This document shows positions 41,394 through 56,589 of a stretch of DNA of 64,000 nt, piece by piece (within the stretch, counting starts at the first letter, position 1; each line of letters begins with the position of its first letter). The stretch comes from Octopus vulgaris (taxonomy: Eukaryota): positions 132,866,001-132,930,000 of the forward strand of contig OX597815.1 in NCBI GenBank assembly GCA_951406725.2, in the 5' to 3' direction. Both the position numbers and the translations under genes were made by a program. The notes beneath the pieces are model-generated. The model had not been told where the DNA came from. It made no database searches and saw only the letters and a program-made list of their open reading frames with translations.

Positions 41394-41816
41394 GCATACA
41401 TACACATACAGAGATAGAAAAGAGAGAAAGAGTGAGAGACACTGAGAGAGAGAGTGAGAAAGATAGAGAGGGAGGAAGGTAGTCCAACATCAGTGTTTAT
41501 ATATGGAAATATTCTTGAGGTGAATATTTACTTTACCCTCATGGCTTCTAATCCTCTGGTTAATCTTATTTGCAAGTAAGTGCTTTTAGGACGATTGAGA
41601 AGTACTACTCTATATTTTGATATATTACAGAAGATATTGTTTGAGTAACAAAAAATAGGAAGATAAAATGAGCTCAAGCACATATCTATATATCTATATG
41701 CACGCACACACACACACACACACACACAGTCATACATGCATGTACATAAATGTGTATGTGTGTGGTGTGTGTGTAGAGAGTGTGTGGTGTGTGTAGAGAG
41801 AGAGAAAGAGAAGAGA

Positions 41817-43578
<1,762 letters not shown>

Positions 43579-43589
43579 AGATAGATAAG

Positions 43590-43673
<84 letters not shown>

Positions 43674-43789
43674 GTATACATATACATTGAGGTTCATTTT
43701 TTGTATTTGTTTCTTCTGTACGAAAAATATTTTGTTTTACGAATAATTTACCAACTCTGCTAACAGCGTGATTCATGCTGAAATAATGG

Positions 43790-44185
43790 TTTTAAATGTT
43801 GGCATATTGTCACGAACTTCTGGAATAAGTCGATTACATCGACTCTAGTGCACAACTGGCACTTTATTTATCGACTCTAAAAGGTAAAAACGACTGCAGC
43901 CGAATTTGAACAATGAACGTAAGGACGGACAAAATGCCGCTAACCCTTTACCCTATATGCTAATGATCTGCCAGCTATCCACCTTCCTGTTATCCTTGAA
44001 TAATTCTTTCCACTAAAGGTCGAAGGCCTGAAATTTTTACAGGGATTAGTCGATTGCAGTGTTTTACTTATCGACACCGAAAAAATAAAGTCGAACTCAA
44101 CGGAATTTGAACTTAAAACGTAAAGAGGGACGAAATGCCGCTTATCATTTTGCCTGGTGTGCCAACGAGTCTGCCAACTGGCAGC
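43790..44185 (-). mobile_element. Two degenerate SINE family A copies
   Basis: Reverse-complement head and core matches at ~43790-43985 and ~44000-44185. Confidence 0.7.
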
Positions 44186-45291
44186 GTTGTTTTTATCCTG
44201 AAATAATGAAAATTAAATAACTTCTAAACCTGTAACTCTGAGATACAAAAATAAATCCTGGAAAATACTGTTTCCCATTTTGTTGTATTCATATAAATTT
44301 CCACCAACAGTGTATCATAATCCCGCCCATATATTGATTCTGTTGAACAACTAATTGCTAAGTTCAACAGCGTCAGCTCTCCTATGTAAACAGAAGAGAA
44401 AGCTAACGTTACCTCTCATTGACGAGTGCAATTCAAACTCTCATAAAATCAACCTTTATCTTAGAAAATATTCAAAGTTGGTGGAAACTACAATTAAATA
44501 AAATCTCGATGATGCTAACGATTCTTAGCTGTATCTCATTGAAAACATTTCTCTTTTATCTGCTCATTTTTAGACAAATTTTAATATTTTCTCTAGCAAA
44601 ATTCAACAAATACTAAATCTTCGAAATTTTTTAACCTTCATTTATGTTTTCCTTCTTTTTCCTGTCGTCTTCACAACAATATGTTGTTGTCTTAACGGGT
44701 TTTTTTTCTTTAATTACCTAAATCGTAAAAATGAAGACTGTAAACAACTAAAATTCATCAATCAAACTGAAATGGCATAAATATTAGGTTGATTTAAGAT
44801 TAGTCACTGCTTCAATAATTCAAATAACAATTAATAAATAATCAGGCCTAAACATTTATTGTATACGTGTACATATAATGTAGTCATATTTGTTTGTACG
44901 CGCGTATATGTCTACGTAGGTGTGTGCACAACGGATATGTTTATGTGCGTGCGTGTGCGTATATGAATTTGTGTGAAATGTTGTCTCAACAGATTTTACT
45001 TCAAACATTCAAGCAGACATTTATTATCGAACGTCTCCAATTTTATTAATATTCTTGTAGACAGCCTATACAATTTTTATAGCAGCAAAAGGTGTTGAAA
45101 AGTTTTATGTGTTTTCCTGGTTGTGAGGAAAATAAATGTATACGTCTCATTGTGGAAGCATACTTAACAGTATGCATGCTTAGTTTATCTAAGAAATAAT
45201 TTGTGTTTTCTAAGTTACATGGCTTATTATTTTCAAACCCAAAAGAAAATTAATTTCAAATTACTTTTCCTTTGACCCGATATCTGTAACT

Positions 45292-45357
<66 letters not shown>

Positions 45358-45404
45358 AAAGAGAAGAAGTGTGTGAGAGAGAGAGTGTGCGTGTGCGTGT
45401 GTGT

Positions 45405-45481
<77 letters not shown>

Positions 45482-45697
45482 ACTGCTAAGAGAGTGTTGG
45501 TGTAAAGTTTCGTAGCTCAATACCTGAATACAAACCATATTTACTCAAAAAAACCTTACACCAAAATAAAAAGTTCTAAAACTATATCCTGCCTAGTGTC
45601 TCCCAAAGAAATTTTCCTCTAAATATACTGCAAGCTGTAGGTGTAAGAGGAGACATCTAAAGGCATACAGATATTTCTACGACTTGATCAAATAATG

Positions 45698-45784
45698 ATG
45701 CAGTACGACCGTTTCAAGCGCCGCTATTTAATTTAACAATGCAATCATTACATAATTTAAATGTAGTACTATCTTCAGCTGCAC
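45698..45784 (-). ncRNA. Type I hammerhead-like motif, core boxes intact
   Basis: GUGCAG CUGAAGA U [long imperfect stem II] U GAAAC-gguc-GUA CUGCAU: 6-bp stem I and GUA triplet. Confidence 0.7.
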
Positions 45785-46420
45785 AATAAATAAATGGAAT
45801 TTTAACAAGTAGGACACATTAATATAATTTTTCTCAAAAATTTCAACAGAGCAAACTGATGGAAGAAATTCATGTTGTCGCTATTGAAGCTAAGAATAGA
45901 CTACACTTCTAAGAATTGCATGGAGCATAGTGTGGTCATAGAGTGATTGTAATTAATTTCTAATTCATTTATCTCTTTATCAACTACTAAATCTAATACT
46001 AGAAGGCTGTGTTTATTTTTAATAAAGTACTATGTATGTATATGTATATATATATACATACATACATACATACATACATACAAGCATACAGACACACACA
46101 CACGCACGCATATATTTATATTAATCAAAGGACACGATGAAGTCTACCCGCTAGAAATAAAAGTTAAAAATCTCATTTGGACCACCAAAAATCACACTGA
46201 AAACAACAGATACAAAAGTATACGGGCAAGCGAACCGAAAAAGGTCTCTCACATACCATTATAGCATAAAGCTATATATTTAATGGAACAGGAATATATG
46301 TGGACCGGTTTCTGGTTTGACACAAAGTTCTTAATTTCCTCGGTGCATCTTAACCCTTAGAAACATCTCAGTCTGCCACGTTGAAATCTGCTGAGGTCCT
46401 TAATTGCATCCCAGACAGTT

Positions 46421-47429
46421 TGAAACATCAATGCTGAGTTTGGTGAAGATGTGGCGAATGAGCGTACTGTACGTCGATGGTTTGAGAAGTTCCGGTCTGG
46501 TGACTTTACTCTTGAAAATTAGCCTCTTGGATAATGATGAGCTGGAAACTGTAGTGGGAGCAGATACATCTCAAACTACGCGTGAGTTAGCAGTAAGGTT
46601 TGATGTTTCGCTTCCAACTGTATTGGAGCATCTGAAACAAATCGGCAAGGTAAAGAAGATGGACAAGTGGGTACCACACGAACTGAACGAGCATCAAATA
46701 TCATGTCGTCTTGGAATTTTCTGTTCTTTGCTGTCACGGCATAAAAGCGAACCATTTTTGCATCGCATTGTTACGTATGATGAAAAATGGATTCTTTTCA
46801 ACAATAGCAAGCGTTCTGCGCAGTGGTTGGATAGAGGCGAAGTGCCAAAGCACAACCCCAAAAAAGAATATTCAGCAAAAAAAAGCTAATGGTGTATGTT
46901 TGGTGGTCCAGCGCTGGTGTCATCCACTACAGCTTCATGAGACCTGGTAAGTCAAATTACAGTGGATGTATATATTAGCCTATTGGATGAAATGATGAGT
47001 GAACTTGCAATTAAACAACCGAGATTGGCCAATAGAAGTAAGCCAATTCTCTTGCAAGACAATACTCGACCACATGTTGCATAAAGGACGCTACTTAAGT
47101 TACATGAACATGACTTGGAAGTACCATATTCCATCTACCATATTCACCAAACCTTGCACCAACTGAGTATCATGTTTTCCAGGCACTGGACAACTTTTTG
47201 GTTGGAAGGATACTTCAAATCTGAAAGAGATGCAAAAACAGCCTTTCGTGATTTTATTACCGGTTGCTGTTCGGAACTCTTTGCTGTCAACTTTAAAAAA
47301 GGCCGATAATATGGAAAAATTGTGTTGATAATTTAGGTGCATAATTTGGTTAACCGCATTGCTTTCTTTTGAGATAAAGTAAAATAAGTTTTCAGTTCAA
47401 AATTGGACATTTCACTCTTAATGACCTAA
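46421..47429 (+). mobile_element. Mariner (cecropia-like) transposase fossil with right TIR
   Basis: ERTVRRWFEKF, KWVPHEL, RIVTYDEKW, LQDNTRPH and a degenerate YSPxLAP. Ends ...GACCTAA|TA. The left end is missing. Confidence 0.9.
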
Positions 47430-47600
47430 TATTTATGAACATATGTGTTGCTTTGTGGTAAGGAGCTTGCCTTTCCGACCACAAGGTTCCGGTTTCAGTC
47501 CCACGATATGGCACCTTGGTCAAGAGTCTTCTACTATAGCCTCGGACCGACCAAAGCCTTGTGAGTGGATTTGGTAAATGGCTGGGTGTATATATATATA

Positions 47601-48499
47601 TTATGTCATCCCGTAAATAATGCGGTTCTTTTAATACTCCTTTTATTTTTCAAAATTAAGATAAACAAAGTTATTTATCAATCTAAAATATACTCTCCTT
47701 CATTTTTTGCAATGCTCTTCCATTTTTCAAGGCCTCTTTCCAAAATTCACTTGTCCATGACGAAAAATACTCCTCCGTTACTGTTCTGACCTCGTCTACA
47801 GAATTCATATTTTTTCGTTTAAATGATTTTGATGACTGCAGAATAAATGATTACCAGATGGGACAATGTCCGGTGAATATGGTAGGTAGGGTATCGTTTC
47901 CCATTCAAACTGCTCCAGACTTTGGAATGTCATCCTCACTGTATGTGGCCGAGCATTATCTTGATGGAAGAATACCTTTCGTTTTAAATCAAAGATGGTC
48001 GTTTTTCTTCTAGCGCTGACTTGAATGAGCGGTTGAATGACCAAATCCAAGCTTCTCAGTTACGATGAGATTTTGTTCCACCGGGGTTTGCAGGACGTTC
48101 TGGTCGCGCTCTACAGATCTTCCAGGACGAGGCTCATCTTCTAGGCTATAGTTTCTGGTTCCGAATTTCTGGAACCGCCGTTGACACTGGCTTACGCTTC
48201 TTGTCCGATCCCTATGTACTGCATTAAAATATTCATCGCACTTTCCGTTGCATTGTTCTGTTTATTGAACTCATAAAGTAAAATGTGGCGAATATGCCCC
48301 TTGGTCACTTCCATTATAGATTTGAAAAAATACCTGTCAAAGTCAAACTGCACTTTTCAAACTTTGCACTTAGAGTAAGAAAACGAGGTAAAATTACCAC
48401 CTGCTTTTATAGCAAGTTGATACAAGTACTTTATCCCGTCTCCCTCCGACTTTTAGTTCATGCAATTGAAAAAAACGCATTATGTATGGGATGACCTAC
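47601..48499 (-). mobile_element. Internally deleted mariner with both TIRs
   Basis: TTATGTCATCCCGTAAATAATGCG at the left pairs with CGCATTATGTATGGGATGACCTAC at the right, with TA on both sides. Encodes HIRHILLYEF...LEDEPRPGR and FHQDNARPH...PYSPDIVPS. Confidence 0.9.
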
Positions 48500-49431
48500 T
48501 ATATATATGAAGTTGATTGTTATAGCTTCTTAGCTGTATAGGTGACACGTCAGACTTTAATGGTCTCATGATCATAACCTCTCTAGAACAGAAGGCAGGA
48601 AACAAAAAATATACACACATGCAAAGAACTTACACATAGTGTTTCAGGCTGGACGGGGTTATTCCCTATCACATTGGCTATATCCGCAACGATTTTTCGA
48701 AGTTTCCGTCATGTTTCTATCCGACTAAAGGGGAATTCAAAGAGTGTAACATGGAGCTTCTCTGTTGGGAACATTGACTAAACACTTCTATCCTGAAGTT
48801 TAAAACGGGGTCCCGGGTCAAGTGAGATTTTCTGGATTCTTGCTCTCTCTGCCTGAGAAAGCTCCGGTTGTTTAAAGAGTTTCCATTTATTTTTGCATGG
48901 CATGCCTCTCTCTTTTAAGCTCCATTCAAGGCTAACCAGGGACTTGATGTTGCACTACTCTGGTATCCTAAATGAGGATTTGTGGTTGCTCAGACGTTGC
49001 GTAAATGGGCCGGGACATATTTCCGCGCCAGTGCTGTAGATGTACTACAGCCGCTGACTTCTTTAATTCCTCTGTGTATGTATACATATATATATATGTG
49101 TGTGTGAGTGTGTGTGTGTGTGTGGAGAGAGAAATAGACACATTTCGCAACTCGGACCAACATAAACGAACTGATTTGCAAATACACTCTGTATATCATA
49201 AAATTCCTGCGAATTAAGAAAATGGCTGCATTAATAAGAGAAAAATAAATCAGCTAATCTATTTCCAGCAGCAGCACTCCGTTTCAGGGGCAATGACTGT
49301 ATATAGGTCTCTCTGTGTGCCTGTGCGCGCGCGTGTGTGTACATACTACCTAGGGATTATCGTTTTGAATGTATTTTGTTGCACATAGTCATAATTTTGA
49401 TCGCAAGTTTTAATGATTCTATTTTCACCAG

Positions 49432-49548
49432 GATGCAAAATATATCTTTTTGGAGGAAGTGATTTTGAAACGGAAACTGCAGTCACACAAGTTGAAAGCT
49501 TTGATACACAAACAAAAAGATGGGCGAAAGAATTCCAGATCGATAAGA
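49432..49548 (+). CDS. Kelch-repeat protein, internal exon
   Basis: Acceptor ttctattttcaccAG, donor A|GTAAGT. 117 nt, phase 1 to 1. Reads (G)CKIYLFGGSDFETETAVTQVESFDTQTKRWAKEFQIDK, a canonical Kelch blade. Confidence 0.92.
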
Positions 49549-49625
49549 GTAAGTACAGATACAGAAACTATGTATCTATTAGACAGGACACTTATTTATT
49601 AGTTTCAACATTTCCTCAAGTGCAT

Positions 49626-49816
49626 GGCGGCAAGCTGGCACATTCGTTAGTACGCCGGAAAAAATGCTTCACGCTCTGAATTCAACCACCGCAGAGGTTG
49701 ACTTTGCTTTTCATCCTTTTCGGTACGATAAGTACCAGTTGAAAACTAGGGTGGTGAAATCTAATTACCCCTCCCCTAAAATTGCTGGCATTGTGCCAAA
49801 ATTTGAAACCAGTATT
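49626..49816 (+). mobile_element. SINE family A monomer
   Basis: Head, core GACTTTGCTTTTCATCCTTTT and tail TTGTGCCAAAATTTGAAACC. Confidence 0.75.
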
Positions 49817-50678
49817 TCCTCAAGTTTATTTCCTATTTTCTATTAGTTTTAATTATATTGTTCAAACATCCATCAAAGTATTATCAGCATCAAACACCGT
49901 GACACTAGACACTATAAACACGCCAGATTATCGGCTGAAACAAGTGCCATTCACTTGGAACATGTTCATCCTTTTCATCCTCCTTTCTAAAATGTGATAC
50001 AGAACAATACATCCTTCGCTGCAACTACTATTATGTTAAACTTGAATGTAAACATGTATGAGGGTTTGGCGGATAAACGAAGTAGCTACTGTCACTCGAT
50101 TTTGCTGCCTCCAGCACGCAAATTCTTTTACTATACACCTGAACTGTAAAAAATCCGTCTCTTCTTACAGTCAAATGATCAAAAAAGTCGATCGCCTGTT
50201 TCGTTCAATAGGCAATGACTGAAAATGGGAGGCATATATTTGGAGGTGTTTCTTCATACTACCCACATGCTGAAGGTATTTTGCATTGTAGAGTTTTACT
50301 AGAATTGGTACTAACATCGTTTTCTATTGCCAAGATAGGGATTTCTTAACTTTATTAATAGAAAACAAAAAAAACAATTAGCTCTCGTCATTTCTAGCAA
50401 ACAGCTTCAGCTTGTCCATATAAAATAGATGATTTACTATAAATGTTATACATTTTGAACCCATACCTGGTGTTACTCAGTTCGTTTGAGCGTAGGATCA
50501 GTGCCATGCAAAAAAGTAATGGGGAGAGATGCTTCATTTTATGCTGATGTTAGATTGGCTCATCCCCTTAATATGGTTTAGAAGGAGACCTTGTAAGAAT
50601 TTGGAGTCTACAGGAGAGTTCTTGTATATCTCAAAGGCCTTGTGTAGCCAATTATGTGGGATGCTATAAAACGCTTTA

Positions 50679-50738
<60 letters not shown>

Positions 50739-51483
50739 CATCATCATCCATGTTGCTGCTGTTTTAGAGGAAACGAGGTCCACAGTGTATGCGATGGAGT
50801 TTATTGTTGTGGTGGTCAAAGGTTTGCAACTTTATCAGAAACTACGTGTAGGCTCCGTTAACTGTTTTGCTGGTTGCTGCTTCTATATTTTGTAAAATAT
50901 CCATGCTATTGCTGCTCCTGATGGTGCGTTGTATGTTGATGTAGTAGTCGGTCGGTTGAGCATTTGTTGTTGTTGCTGATGATTAATATATTAATGTTGG
51001 TGTTATTACTAATTTTGCCACCCACCTTCGATATCCTAATGTTGTTGCTGCCGGACAGGATAATTTTGTTGCTTCTGCTAGCTCTGGTTTTGTTCTCAAA
51101 GGCGTCTCTAACATGTGTGATAGTTGTTCTCGTGGTGGTGGTGGTGGCAGCGGTGGTGCTTGCGCTACTGTCTCGAACATTAGATGAAAGTGTTGCAGGT
51201 GAAAACACTGGAGTATTTTTAAGCGATAACCGCCTCACTACTTTGTAAATCACTTCCCACTCCACCATCCTTTCGACTTGCTGTCAAACATTGGCACTAT
51301 GTTTGAATATGTTGACATTTCCGATGTGGGAGACGAAATAAATAAATTGATCAGACACTTCGAACTGCCGTTAGTACTGCATCAAAATAGAACAAAAAAC
51401 AACAATAAAATCTCCCTAAACAACTAACCTATAAACAAATTCTTCACTGAACGGAGACAAAACATGATTTACAAGGACAGCCC

Positions 51484-51582
<99 letters not shown>

Positions 51583-52174
51583 TCAATACCAATATTCAAA
51601 CAAGAAGCCTTAGGGGATACATAGAAGACATTTTCACTGCAAAATACACAAAATAATCCTGTGAACGTAGTTAATCCTTTGAACATCAGCTGCACAATCC
51701 AAGCAAAATATATCTAAAATCAGTGTAAGCTATTATTTAATATTTTTCACATTCAGTTTAGCGCCGGAATTCAACTTGTGGAAAAACACGGCTGATCACC
51801 CTATCTACACAGCCAGTGAACTCACAAGGAAGGTTCTATGTGCTTGCTAGATTTACCAAATTAATAGCAAAATATCTCCTTAAAGTAATCCATACAATCG
51901 TATATGAATTTTAAACAAATGATAGATTATACATTGAAGTCTAATCACTTAAAAGATCAAACGGTTACTGCTGGAATAATTTTAATCAATATTTACCAGT
52001 GGCTGGACACAAACAACTACGCATCACCTACTACTACTGCCCTTCATCAGTTAAAAGTAATCTGGTCTCCATCAAGCATTTACCAAAACATAATCCAATT
52101 TCTTTGAACTGGAATGAATAGATATATATCCAAGTACTACAGATGTTTGATCATCTTATTATTGATACTAATAA

Positions 52175-52389
52175 CCCTTTTTTACAATGGGTACAAAACC
52201 TGAAATTTGTGGCGAAAGGAATGGTCGATTACATCAATCCCTTGCTTAACTGGTCATTATTTTATCGACTTCAATAGGATGAATGGTAAAGTCAACCTTG
52301 GTGCAATGTGAACTCAGAATGTAAAGACAGATGAAATACCGTTATGCATTTTGCCCGGCAGGCTAACCATTCTGCCTGCTCGCCGCCTT
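52175..52389 (-). mobile_element. SINE family A monomer
   Basis: Reverse-complement head and core. Imperfect flanking direct repeat TTATT..TGATACTA. Confidence 0.75.
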
Positions 52390-53724
52390 ATTTAATGATA
52401 CTACTAATGAGATACTTTTGAATAATATATTGGATTGTACAGTTGATATTGAAAGGATTAGCTATGTATACAGAATGATCTTATGAATTATTATCACATA
52501 GATGTTAATTCAGACACACGTGATGAGGCATAAAAGTGCCGGATATTTCGTAATTTAACACCATGGTGAGTGCTTTAAAAACCAGACTAAACAAATAGAA
52601 ATAATTAGCAATTCTAATTATGTCCATCAGAAACAGAATCATATGTCTAACCACTCTGAAATATCTGGGAAAATATCGGATGAAATCACATCTAGACCTC
52701 ACTTTGTCGTACGCTCATTAATAATGAGTTACCTCTTCAGTGGTGGCTTACAATTATTACAGGCAGTACGTGTTTCAGAACACGGTCATTTTAAGCAAAT
52801 GCATTTGGATGTCTTTACAATTCAAGACATTCACAGTACAACAAAAGAGACTGTCACGTCCTACAGGTTATTTGAAACTTCATTGAGAAGTAATAATGTA
52901 GTAATTTCAATACAGATTTCGACGTTGATTACAATTTTGATCGCAAGCGCGTGTCCATGTATGTGGATGTATGTATGAGTATATGGGTGTAAACTGTGAG
53001 AATGAGCGCAAATGAAATTTTCTTTTCACAGAATCAAATAATTATTAAACCTCATTGAAATTGCCAAATTTTCAAAATTACGTTAACGCACTTGCAATAT
53101 TTGAAGCCATATTAGTAGCATTAGTGCGGGGCGTTATTTGCCAGATTTTAGACAGTGAAGCATCTTAAGAAATTGAAGACAACGGGAACGGATTTACAGA
53201 TAATATTGTGTATGCGTGACCATTTCAATAGGTTAGTTATTAATGTTATTGGTTGCCGTACTGAGATCATTAAAACAGCAAAATGAATTGCTTTCCGATC
53301 AGCTACAATCTAAAACTATTGTAATAGAAAAAATCAACCACAAATGATATCTAAAAACAATAACAGATAATTATCAAGCCATGCTTGCTTCAGGTTACAC
53401 ATATACGAAAGAAAAATACATAGACCGTGATCCAAACGAGTAACTGCAATGTGAATGGGTTTGTAAAAACAACATAACACATTTTATAAAAGATAATCAC
53501 AGCTGGTCACACTCAGATTACTTACAAACCAGATGATATTGGGCGCAAGACTCGCGTGTGTTGCATAATTTCTAGATCAATACTCCATAATATAGCGAAA
53601 TATTTCATATATACTTCAAGACACAACCAGCAACATTGCATTGATATACTAATATGCAAAATCTGGGACTCTTATTCATTGTATTTTTGTAAGGGCTACA
53701 AGAATCCAAAATATATATATAAAC

Positions 53725-53796
<72 letters not shown>

Positions 53797-54341
53797 TACA
53801 ACATAAAAGATTACAAATGAGAAATTTTCAAATTATTCTTATAACAAATAACTAGAGAATAATCATTTCCGACCGAAGGCGTGTCTTGAGCAGACAGGAT
53901 TCGTCAAATACTTCATCTATCTTGTACAAATATCTTCACTATTTTATTGATTAGGTGTACGCGACTGACAAAAGTAGTAATCTCTTCTAAACATAGTCTA
54001 GACGAGAATTCTTTTTTTTTTTCATTTCAGTTTAACGTATAGAATATATATTGATTTCTTCTAAGAAGACCCAAGGCTAAATATCGAAATGTAGGGTAAT
54101 ATACTTTCGTAAAGATATATCTTGTAAAAACTAAACAACACATTAACCCTCTACGATACTTCATGTATTTACTAAAACCAGAAAAACTGTTTTCTTTTTT
54201 TTAATTAAAATGTCTATATCGGCAAATATGAGGGGAGTGGACGCCATATTAATTGTGTCTAAGTTTAAATCCAGTTTCTTTCCCCTATCCGACAACAAAT
54301 TTGCTTTTAGAACATTTGATCTTGGTCTAGTTTTAGCTTCT

Positions 54342-54566
54342 TTAACCATTTAGCATTCCGACTATGTCAGATAGGATTCTTATTTATTCCCATTCTTTTG
54401 ACTTAATCATGCATTAACTCATAGCTTCGAGATTTTGATAATGTAATTGTGTATTTTTAGAATCACACTGTAGAGTAACTGTGAGAGACCCGATTTGGCC
54501 GGCATGAAAAGGAAACAAAAAGGGTATTTGGGCCTGATATGGCCGGTTAAAATGCTAAAAGAATAA
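54342..54566. mobile_element. piggyBac-like MITE, degenerate
   Basis: TTAA-CCATTTAGCATT ... AATGCTAAAAGAATAA, i.e. imperfect TIRs with TTAA-like target sites. A related right end (AAAGGGTTAA) is at ~60782. Confidence 0.5.
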
Positions 54567-54856
54567 AATCGATGTTTTTCATTTCTATTTTTCTTTTCAT
54601 TAAAATAAAACCAGGAATGTGTATACAAGTCATATTGTCATCAGAACTACACTGGTACATTTTTAATGAAAGATAAAATCAACTCCGGTGGAATTTGAAA
54701 TAAAAGCGTCGAGTGACAAATCTATATATTTTTACTATTTAGTGAAATGCTTTACCGTTTCAACTATTCTACAACACATAAATGTATCATAGGGATAATG
54801 TCTATATATCTGATTAAATTGCAGCTTTTATCTCAATTATTTACTTTACATTTCAG

Positions 54857-54972
54857 AAAACATTTCCGACATTTCCTGTGCTGTCCTCACTGGTCCCACC
54901 GACATCCTATATCATAAAAACTTATATAAATGGCTTCCAGCAATGATTCCTCATCGCTACATTCTCTGGTAA
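54857..54972 (+). CDS. Kelch-repeat protein, terminal coding exon
   Basis: Acceptor tttactttacatttcAG, phase 1. Reads (K)NISDISCAVLTGPTDILYHKNLYKWLPAMIPHRYILW then TAA at 54970-54972. SCAVL fits the propeller-closing strand. Confidence 0.8.
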
Positions 54973-55128
54973 AAATAATAAGCAACAGATTTTCAACACT
55001 GATATAAAAATGACCATTATAAAGACGAAATATTGGAGTGACGAAGCTGAACCATCTCACCAAATTAAATATCTACGATTGACATCATGTTTCAGAAAAT
55101 AAGAGTTGTAATGCCAAATTTTCACACC

Positions 55129-55183
<55 letters not shown>

Positions 55184-55239
55184 ACTCTATCTATTAATCT
55201 ATCTATCTATCTCATTCAGTCTCTATCTGGCTATCACAT

Positions 55240-55281
<42 letters not shown>

Positions 55282-55713
55282 GCTCTCTCTCTCTCTCTAT
55301 TGTAAATTTTGATGCGATGAAATCCCGATGTATTCCTTATGCAGCACTCAGTAAGAATTGCAGCCTGTCTACACATTAAGAATTGTACTCATTTGTTAAG
55401 AAACCTTTGGAGCAGAAACCTTAGTCATGAATGATGTAAAATATTTCGTAGAGTAATATATAAGTCAAGAAAGAAGACCATGACTCAATGTAACTCAAAC
55501 TCAATATTCATTACAACTAAGTTCGGTACAATTCCGGCCTCTTCACTTAAGAGTATATATGTGTATATAAATAATGTTCACTGTATCACGCTTGATAATT
55601 TATAGGTAATTTGTTTCGAAACAATAGCTCTGAAATAATTGTAAGGAATATCAAACTTGTACTACACTGACCCTTCATTTTCATCCTTGACTATATATAA
55701 TATATATGTATAA

Positions 55714-56476
55714 GGCGGCGAGCTGGGAGAAACGTTAACACGCCGGGCGAAATGCTTAGCGGTATTTCGTCTGCCGCTATGTTCTGAGTTCAAATTCCGC
55801 CGAGGTCGACTTTGCCTTTCATCCTTTCGGGGTCGATTAAATAAGTACCAGTTACGCATTGCAGTCTATATAATCGACTTAATCCGTTTGTCCTCTCTGT
55901 GTTTAGCCCCTTGTGGGTAGTAAAAAAATAGGTATTTCGTCTGTCTTTATGTTCTGAGTTCAAATTCTGCCGAGGTCGACTTTGCCTTTCAGCATTTTGG
56001 GGTCGATAATTTAAGTACCGATTGCGTACTTGGGTCGATCTAATCGACGGGGCCCCCTCCCCCAAAATTTCGGGCCTTGTGCCTAGAGTAGAAAAGAAAC
56101 TTTAGCCGCCGGGAGAAATGCTTAGCGGTATTTCGTCTAGCGCTACGTTCTGAGTTCAAATTCCGCCGAGGTCAACTTTGCCTTTCATCCTTTCGGGGTC
56201 GATTAAATAAGTACCAGTTACGCACTGGGTTCGATATAATCGACTTAATCTGTTTGTCTGTCCTTGTTTGTCCTCTCGGTGTTTAGCCCCTTGTGGGTAG
56301 TAAAGAAATAGGCATTTGGTCTGTCTTTACATTGTGAGTTTAAATTCCGCCGAGGTCAACTTTGCCTTTCATCCTTTTGGGGTCGATAAATTAAGTACCG
56401 GTTGCATACTGGGGTCGATCTAATCGACTGGCCTGCTCCCCAAAATTTCGGGCCTTGTGCCTAGAGTAGAAAAGAA
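55714..56476 (+). mobile_element. Tandem of two SINE family A dimers (four core units)
   Basis: Four GAGTTCAAATTC...GGGGTCGAT..AAGTACC units with alternating tails. Lies ~740 bp after the Kelch stop codon. Confidence 0.9.
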
Positions 56477-56532
56477 TATGATATATATATATGCGTGTTT
56501 GTGTGTGTGTGTGTGTGTTTGTGTGTGTTTTG

Positions 56533-56589
<57 letters not shown>

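Noticed and set aside
48690-48970. GC-richer patch that might encode a THAP-like or other transposon fragment
   Set aside because: No frame gave a motif I could defend.
55714-56476. Regularly spaced repeats resembling a CRISPR array
   Set aside because: Eukaryotic context, and the spacers are themselves repeated SINE sequence with no cas genes.
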